A DNA stretch of 64,000 nt from Ostreococcus lucimarinus (Eukaryota): NCBI GenBank assembly GCA_000092065.1, contig CP000583.1; one strand, 5' to 3'. Made by a program: the position numbers and the translations under genes. Below are positions 58,512 to 64,000 of the stretch, in pieces. Every line of letters starts with the position of its first letter. Positions within the stretch are counted from its first letter, which is position 1. A model generated the notes under the pieces. It had not been told where the DNA came from. It saw only the letters and a program-made list of their open reading frames with translations, and did not search any database.

Positions 58512-59022
58512 GGCGACGACGACGAGTGCGGGGGCGAGGGACGCGGTTCGAGGACGCGTCGTCTCGGCGACGCGAGGCGCGGGAGACGGGCGGCGACGCG
58601 CGGCGACGCGCGCGGGACGGCCGGGACGGATGCACGTGCCGAGCGACGCGTTTCAGGGACGGTCGCCGGAGATCGCGGCGAGGGACGCGCTCGGGAGGCT
58701 GTTCACGGCGGTGGCGGCGCGCGCGACGCTGGCGGAGACGCTCGAGCGCGAGGGCGCGGAGAGCGAGACGTATCTGGCGTTGAAAGCGTACGTGGACGCG
58801 CATCCGATCGGGAGGGACGGGAACGATTGGTTGCGGGGACTGATGGCGCGCGACGACGCGGGGAGTCGCGCGGCGGGGTTGCGCGTGTTGGAGGCGCGAG
58901 AGACGTACGCGAACGAGGTGTTTTCGTTCGAGGAGGTGCGGGAGATGGTGGAGAAGGCGGTGACGGAGGAAAACGATAAGTTGATGGCGGATTACGTGAA
59001 GAGAATGCTGCCGAAAATGTAA
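58510..59022 (+). CDS. RBCX: RbcX, Rubisco assembly chaperone (plastid-targeted)
   Basis: This is the C-terminal 170 codons of ORF 57958..59022, from the ATG at 58510 (MATTTSAGARDAVRG..., a transit-like leader). The core reads ARDALGRLFTAVAARATLAETLEREGAESETYLALKAYVDAHPIGRDGNDWLRGLMARDDAGSRAAGLRVLEARETYANEVFSFEEVREMVEKAVTEENDKLMADYV. This is collinear with plant RbcX (ALRNLFTFVALKIVLAQLEGYNPEAYNDLMDFMGQNPLGDGDKFLTDLMRRSSRHMNLALRILEVRSAY...NTRLMREYV). Confidence 0.7.
   Translation: MATTTSAGARDAVRGRVVSATRGAGDGRRRAATRAGRPGRMHVPSDAFQGRSPEIAARDALGRLFTAVAARATLAETLEREGAESETYLALKAYVDAHPIGRDGNDWLRGLMARDDAGSRAAGLRVLEARETYANEVFSFEEVREMVEKAVTEENDKLMADYVKRMLPKM
59018..59022 (+). terminator. TGTAA poly(A)-signal motif overlapping the RbcX stop codon (aaaaTGTAAgct)
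   Basis: The TAA stop at 59020-59022 is the 3' part of TGTAA. Confidence 0.4.
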
Positions 59023-59074
59023 GCTATGAGTACAGATTAATGAATATTACACTATGACTATGAATGCGTCGCGT

Positions 59075-62000
59075 TCAGCACAAGTAACCGCGACAGTTGT
59101 CGGCGCCGCAATAGCACGGCACTTTGCCGTCTTCGCTTTCGAATCTGTAGTTGTACGTCAGCTCTTCCCCGGGCCGAACGTCGGTTCGAGCGAAAAAGAT
59201 GATGTGATTCGCGTCGTCTACTTTGACGATTTTTGAGTACATGTTCGGGTTGCAGCTGTGATTGGTGAATCGCGCAAAGTTTCCTTGAAACGTGCAATCG
59301 ACGACGGTGTCGTCGTCTTGTTTTAAGAGGTAGCAATCCACTCCGTTATCTTCGTAAAAGGTTTCGCGAAGATCCGCGACGGTGCTTCGACACGTCTCGC
59401 CTTTGAACTGCGTGACGATGGAACCCGCCTTGTGGAAAACCTTGGCCACCAGTCCCCATCCGTGTATGTTGGATTTGGCGAACGTGAGTCTATCGGAGTA
59501 CGACGCCGTCATTTGTTCGAGCTTCTCTCGCATCGTGAGCCCATGCTGTTCGACGACTTTATCATCCGAAGCGCCGTTCACGCCCCTAGCCTTGCGCTCC
59601 GCTTGTACCGCCGCAAACTCTTCGGGCGTGTACTTTTTTGAAGCAATCAACTCGCGCTTGAAGGCGCCTCGCGACCCGCGCACGATGTACGGCGTAAGTC
59701 CGACGTACAGACGTTTTCCTGTCTTCGGCGGTGGTCCCGTAACCTTGGCGTTTTTGTCGTTTTTATTCAATCCAAGACGCTTGTACACGTTGGCTTGAAT
59801 TTCTTCGAGCTGCTTGCGGCTGAGATTTCTCTGGTGTCCGAGCGATTTGGCGGACAGGTCAACGGTTTTTTCGCGCCGGATTTCGCATCCCCACACCTCG
59901 AGCCATTTTCCAAGCGACATTACCGTTCGGTTATTGAGGACGACTCTGATGTGATGGCTCCACTTCTTCGGTCCTTTCACTCCAATGTGGGCTTCAAACC
60001 GCGACCTCTCGTGGTACACCGGCCCTTGGTCGCTATCGACGCACGCTCGACACAGACATTCGATTCGTCGCGTTTGTACGTGATATGTCCCAGATACACC
60101 TTTGCATACGACGCTCACCATCGCTGGCAAGTCATCGGGAACGTGCGTACGAACGGCGTCTTCGTCTTCCGATTCTTCGTCGTCTGAACCCTCCATGTAC
60201 GGAGCGTTATCACCAAGCGCGATGCGTCGATCGATCTCGTCGTCCTCAAACTCTTGAGGCACTGAACACACCGAAAATGCGGCTTCAGGATTTTTCTGAC
60301 ACGTCCACATGTCGGCATCATCGGCAGATAACTTCTCCGCAAAACTTTGAGGGACGCGCCGCCACTTCCCGCACGACGGGTTCTCGCACTGCACCCAAGC
60401 CTCTTTCTCACGAGGCTTTTTCGGCCGCCCGAGTTCCGCGATCTTGGCGCGGTCTGCGGGATTAGACGGTCGTTTTGCTGATGTAAATTGTGCGTTGGCG
60501 ATCGCCAGTTGCGTCTCAAGTTGTGTGTTTTTGCCAGAGCTTAATTTTGCGGCTTCAGGCAAAAACGACAAATCCGGTGCCTCGCCATCGACGAATTTCA
60601 AATTTTGCGCATCACGCGTAAACGATATCATCAAGTCTGTCCCATCGTCGAAAATGACTTTATACCGAATGCCAGTGCGCGTTATCGTGACGTCAATCAT
60701 CGTTCCGTCTTTCCAGTCCGGTGCGAGAATGGTACCGGTGTCGATTTGCACGCGGCGTCCAACGAGAGCTCTTGCTCGAGTCTCTTCGCCGCTCTTATCT
60801 TCCAACTTGTCGTCTTCAAATGTTCCCAGACCGAGACCGAGGAGTGCGTGCGTACGCGAAGCTTTGGGCCGTTGGGCTTTTGGTTTTGCCGACATCGACG
60901 CAACCTTGGCCGTTTTTCCAGTATTCGCGAGCACGACGATATTGTGATCGGTAAGCCAATCACCGAAAGCTTGCTCGCCACCGTTATCGTCGACGACGAC
61001 TCTGATTGACGTTTTCCATTTCTTGGTGTGCTTCATACCCGCGTGCTGCTCCCATCTGTTCGCTTCCCACAGAGTCGTCGCGTCAGAGTTCGTGGCTTCG
61101 GCCTCACGTCTGCACCGTCCGCAGAGACATTTGATCAACGTATCTGCTGGTCTAAATATTCCTCTAAACGTCTTGCAGTAAATGTTTACTTCGGGAATAT
61201 CCGGACGCGGAACGTTTCCTTCAGGTACGGGTAAGCCGCCGGGAAGTGCCGGGTACTTTGCTTCCGGCAACTTTGCTTGCAGCGCCAACGTCGCACTCTG
61301 AGGTGAGCTCTCGGAACGCTCTGATACGGTTTTACGTCTCTTTGATTCCGGAAACGTCGTTGAGGGATCTAATTTGGCATCGGCATCCTCCACGGCATCC
61401 TCGGCGTCTGTTTTACCGCCTTCGGCATTGTCGTCGTCGTCGTCGTCTGTTGGATCGGCGTCGTACTCAACGTCGAGATCTGTCGAGAGTTCTGCGTCGT
61501 CGTCGTCGTCGTCATCCTGCAATAAGTCTTCAGTAGTTTCCATGGTATCGACGCGTTGATGCGCGATGACGTCGTCTTTTGTATGCACCATGTCTGTATC
61601 AGCACGTTCCGTCATGTCGTCGTCGTCGTCGTCATCCTCGTCGTCGTCGTCGTCGTCGTTCTCGTCCTCGTCGTCCGCGTGCAAGACCCGTTTACGAACT
61701 CGATACTTCTTCGTTCCTGACCCGGGAGCGTCGGGATTTTCTTCGTTTTCGTCCTTGATGTCCGCCTCCGTCCTCGGATGACCAAGTTGCTCGTAACGAC
61801 GGAACTTTGCGCAGTTCATGAAGTCTGTCTCAGAGTCTGAGCTCAACTCTGGCTCATCAGCGAGCGTCGCGGATGCTTCTCGTCTCTCGCGCTCTTCTGT
61901 TTCCGCGCGCATCTCCGCCTTGGTACGTTTTCGTTCCTTATTGGCACCACACTCCAACAGCCGTCCCTCCTGGCCGATCTTCAAGCCCTCTGTGCCGGCG

Positions 62001-63865
62001 TAAATTTGTGCGCGCTCGACGTCGACACGACAGTGTCTATGACAGTACGACAGTAACTGTAATGGCGATTCATCATCGTCGCCATCGTCGTTGGCATCCA
62101 TGTACAAACCAGTCGCGCGCGCGCACAACGGATGATACGCGATGTAGCAACCCGGATGACAGCATTGGATTTTCGCGCCCATGCGTTGCTTACAGACCGT
62201 GCACAAGAGCGACCAGCGTTCTTTTTGAATGTTTGCGATGTTATCGATGGGCTCCATGCGCTCGATATCAAGCACGGTGGTCTCGGGTATCCATTGGCAG
62301 CACGCGCTGTGCGCCCAGAGCGAAGGAATCGTCGTCGGTTTGAGCGCACCGCCGGCGACGGGACACAAACAACACAAGGGTGTTTCGCTCACTGCACCAC
62401 CGGTGTGCTCGCACGAACGACACAGCCAACCGACGGTGTCGTCTGGTATGTCTGGAACACCGTAGCAAGACTGATGCACCGTCACCGCGCACGCCTCGCA
62501 CGTGATGAGCTGGTCAAAGTCGAAGTCGCGCTCATCGTCGCACACCGCACACCGATCGACGCTCCAACTCACTTGCACGATTTCGTAATCCAGCGAAGCA
62601 TTTTCATCGTCCTCGGTATGTTGATCCCTACGAGCGTTGAAATCATTGCCGTCCAAGAAACGTCCTATGGGCATCTTTGCCGGCTCAATCATTCTCAAAG
62701 ACGCCTTCCACTTTTTCGCTTGCCCCATGCCAGCGTGCTTTTCGAACTCAGTCGGCGTCATGTACTTGTTCGTTCCTGCGCAATCCGAGCATTGACACAT
62801 CACTTGATTCAAGCGCGTGTAATAGTCTGCGGCCACGCCGTTACAAATCACCGCAAGTGTCTCTGGCAACTCGTTCCCGTCGCGAAGCTTGGAAATATCA
62901 CCCGCCTTGGAGCGACGCGACGCCTTGCTCGCATCGGGGTTTCGTTCCGTCTTCACCCTCGCTGCGTGCGCGTCTGGGTTCAAGATTTTATCGTAACGCT
63001 TTCGCTGCTGGTCGTCGAGCTCGCCGCTCTCAAACATCTCCGTGATCATCTCTCTAAATCGCTCCGCCTCATCTCTGGCGAGCTCCTCGTATCTCTCGCG
63101 CTCTGACGCGTCAATCTCGCGCCACGCCGCACCCTGCTCGCGATAGACCGCGGCGAAATCTATGTTATCTTCGCCGTTTTCGTCTTTGTACTGTTGGAAG
63201 AAATCCGCGGCGAAGAGCTGCCACGAACTCTTCGGTCGTTTGGGCACGGTGTTTTGCTTCTTCGACACTGCGTGCGGCGATTTCATCGTCCCCGCTCGCA
63301 CCGAGGCTGAGGAAGAACCCTTTAGGAGTTTATCCAGCGTTGGCATGCGCCTCAGCAGCATTTTAGCCTCTTTCATCTCCTTTGAAGGTCGACCGACTCG
63401 AGGTTTGCTGAGAAGTTTTTCCAAGCGCTTGCGCTCTCGAATCTGCGCCTTGCGTTCAGCCTCGACGCGCGCTTGCTCCGCGAGTCTCGCCTCCGCGGCG
63501 ATCTGCTCGGGAGTTTTACTTCTACACACCGGACACGCGTACGGAATATCCTCATCCTCACCGTTTTGTTCTCTATCCAACACCTCCGCCGCCACGGCGT
63601 CGCATTCGCGATGAATCCACATCTCGCATCGATCGCACCCCACCATGGCGTCGCCCGCGCTCCAGTGCCACACTCGATCGCACACCGGACAGAACTGACC
63701 CTCTTTGTGCAACTTTCTGCACAGCGCGCAGAGCCCATTCGAGTTTTTCGATCGCAACGACTCGTCATCCGTCACGCCGCACGACGCGCACCGACGCGTC
63801 GCCAGCCGCTCCGCCGGCGCGCTGCACGGCAACCCGAACGAGTCCTGTAATCCCAGCACCCCCAC
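59075..63865 (-). CDS. Trithorax-group (MLL/ATX-like) histone-lysine N-methyltransferase: N-terminal PHD-like finger, HMG box, PHD and extended PHD, CW-type zinc finger, acidic repeats, C-terminal SET and post-SET
   Basis: A 1596-aa ORF. The SET and post-SET region reads KSNIHGWGLVAKVFHKAGSIVTQFKGETCRS...GNFARFTNHSCNPNMYSKIVKVDDANHIIFFARTDVRPGEELTYNYRF...VPCYCGADNCRGYLC. The HMG box reads PKRPKSSWQLFAADFFQQYKDE...YREQGAAWREIDASERERYEE. The PHD reads CAVCDDERDFDFDQLITCEACAVTVHQSCYGVPD...WLCRSCE. The CW finger reads WVQCENPSCGKWRRVP...DMWTCQ. (GAC/GTC)n-encoded D/E runs occur near 61440..61680. The listed start at 63865 is a GTG, and the first in-frame ATG (aa 74) cuts a zinc-finger motif, so the true N-terminus is upstream and unresolved. 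Confidence 0.82.
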   Translation of the reverse strand: MGVLGLQDSFGLPCSAPAERLATRRCASCGVTDDESLRSKNSNGLCALCRKLHKEGQFCPVCDRVWHWSAGDAMVGCDRCEMWIHRECDAVAAEVLDREQNGEDEDIPYACPVCRSKTPEQIAAEARLAEQARVEAERKAQIRERKRLEKLLSKPRVGRPSKEMKEAKMLLRRMPTLDKLLKGSSSASVRAGTMKSPHAVSKKQNTVPKRPKSSWQLFAADFFQQYKDENGEDNIDFAAVYREQGAAWREIDASERERYEELARDEAERFREMITEMFESGELDDQQRKRYDKILNPDAHAARVKTERNPDASKASRRSKAGDISKLRDGNELPETLAVICNGVAADYYTRLNQVMCQCSDCAGTNKYMTPTEFEKHAGMGQAKKWKASLRMIEPAKMPIGRFLDGNDFNARRDQHTEDDENASLDYEIVQVSWSVDRCAVCDDERDFDFDQLITCEACAVTVHQSCYGVPDIPDDTVGWLCRSCEHTGGAVSETPLCCLCPVAGGALKPTTIPSLWAHSACCQWIPETTVLDIERMEPIDNIANIQKERWSLLCTVCKQRMGAKIQCCHPGCYIAYHPLCARATGLYMDANDDGDDDESPLQLLSYCHRHCRVDVERAQIYAGTEGLKIGQEGRLLECGANKERKRTKAEMRAETEERERREASATLADEPELSSDSETDFMNCAKFRRYEQLGHPRTEADIKDENEENPDAPGSGTKKYRVRKRVLHADDEDENDDDDDDEDDDDDDDMTERADTDMVHTKDDVIAHQRVDTMETTEDLLQDDDDDDDAELSTDLDVEYDADPTDDDDDDNAEGGKTDAEDAVEDADAKLDPSTTFPESKRRKTVSERSESSPQSATLALQAKLPEAKYPALPGGLPVPEGNVPRPDIPEVNIYCKTFRGIFRPADTLIKCLCGRCRREAEATNSDATTLWEANRWEQHAGMKHTKKWKTSIRVVVDDNGGEQAFGDWLTDHNIVVLANTGKTAKVASMSAKPKAQRPKASRTHALLGLGLGTFEDDKLEDKSGEETRARALVGRRVQIDTGTILAPDWKDGTMIDVTITRTGIRYKVIFDDGTDLMISFTRDAQNLKFVDGEAPDLSFLPEAAKLSSGKNTQLETQLAIANAQFTSAKRPSNPADRAKIAELGRPKKPREKEAWVQCENPSCGKWRRVPQSFAEKLSADDADMWTCQKNPEAAFSVCSVPQEFEDDEIDRRIALGDNAPYMEGSDDEESEDEDAVRTHVPDDLPAMVSVVCKGVSGTYHVQTRRIECLCRACVDSDQGPVYHERSRFEAHIGVKGPKKWSHHIRVVLNNRTVMSLGKWLEVWGCEIRREKTVDLSAKSLGHQRNLSRKQLEEIQANVYKRLGLNKNDKNAKVTGPPPKTGKRLYVGLTPYIVRGSRGAFKRELIASKKYTPEEFAAVQAERKARGVNGASDDKVVEQHGLTMREKLEQMTASYSDRLTFAKSNIHGWGLVAKVFHKAGSIVTQFKGETCRSTVADLRETFYEDNGVDCYLLKQDDDTVVDCTFQGNFARFTNHSCNPNMYSKIVKVDDANHIIFFARTDVRPGEELTYNYRFESEDGKVPCYCGADNCRGYLC

Positions 63866-64000
63866 CTCGTCTTCGCGCTCGCCCTCGCGCGAGCCATCGT
63901 CGCCGTCGAGCCCCTTCCCGTCCCCCCCCCGATCGTCGGCTCTCCCTTCGCTCTCCGTCGCCCCGACGTCGTCCTCGTCCGCCGCCGCCGCCTCGCGCGC

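Noticed and set aside
63841-63897. A 44-nt GTGGGGG...CCGTGCAG intron joining the out-of-frame ATG at 63897 to the Trithorax-like ORF
   Set aside because: The frame arithmetic works (44 = 3n+2). However, 44 nt is shorter than the three verifiable introns here (93 to about 300 nt), and no CTGAC branch motif is present. An upstream exon beyond the window is more plausible.
1-64000. Interpretation as a high-GC bacterial (e.g. actinobacterial) segment, as the bacterial-style ORF track would suggest
   Set aside because: The gene content is eukaryote-specific: eIF4G, 40S RPS20, Tim10, a BEACH/WD40 protein, a PHD/HMG/CW/SET Trithorax-like protein, an Rpb11-type subunit and RbcX with transit leaders. 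Three genes require spliceosomal introns with GT...CTGAC...AG structure. TGTAA motifs lie at gene ends.
1-64000. CRISPR arrays, rRNA genes, selenoprotein TGA recoding, and transposons or prasinovirus insertions
   Set aside because: No spacer-repeat arrays and no rRNA-like stretches are present. None of the encoded proteins belongs to known selenoprotein families or is interrupted by a single in-frame TGA. The window contains no duplicated long segments, terminal repeats or transposase/integrase-like ORFs. Its composition is uniformly GC-rich rather than showing a low-GC island.

Overview
The window is a very GC-rich, gene-dense eukaryotic nuclear segment, most likely from a picoplanktonic green alga of the Mamiellophyceae (Micromonas-like). 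I base that on three things: exclusively eukaryotic proteins (eIF4G, RPS20, Tim10, BEACH/WD40, a PHD/SET Trithorax-like protein); plastid and cyanobacterial-heritage genes (RbcX, PDC-E2, LL-DAP aminotransferase, cycloartenol synthase, starch branching enzyme); and three spliceosomal introns with GTACGT-type donors and CTGAC branch points. The green-algal TGTAA poly(A) motif sits at or just after several stop codons.

I call about 37 protein-coding genes in 64 kb, mostly intronless and alternating strand. Convergent gene ends lie only 20-130 bp apart, and divergent gene pairs share intergenic regions of about 150-600 bp.

Two genes that the ORF track splits across frames are spliced genes: polynucleotide phosphorylase (3 exons, two ~300-nt introns) and a SAL1-type bisphosphate nucleotidase (2 exons, one 93-nt intron). 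I can support no rRNA gene, CRISPR array or transposon. I did not systematically scan for tRNAs; the intergenic stretches I read by eye (e.g. 53716-53847, 45784-46051) showed none.

Two cautions apply throughout. Because of the GC content, nearly every real gene has long antisense or out-of-frame shadow ORFs (many R/A/P-rich). The ORF track also uses bacterial-style GTG/TTG starts, so several listed N-termini are artefacts. I re-derived starts from the first real ATG where I could.

The most notable observations are:
- the spliced PNPase and SAL1 gene models;
- a tandem-domain U32 peptidase-like gene (bacterial-type, possibly an organellar RNA hydroxylase), with a DUF493/YbeD gene 103 bp downstream on the same strand;
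- an RNA polymerase Rpb11/AC19 gene and RbcX whose ATGs overlap on opposite strands;
- extreme 3'-end crowding that implies overlapping antisense UTRs;
- a bHLH-MYC_N-like domain protein without a bHLH;
- a GULO/ALO-like FAD oxidase;
- a Trithorax-like giant gene with an unresolved N-terminus;
- several short tandem repeats in promoters and UTRs.

I found no evidence of a novel multi-gene system beyond ordinary housekeeping and plastid-function genes.
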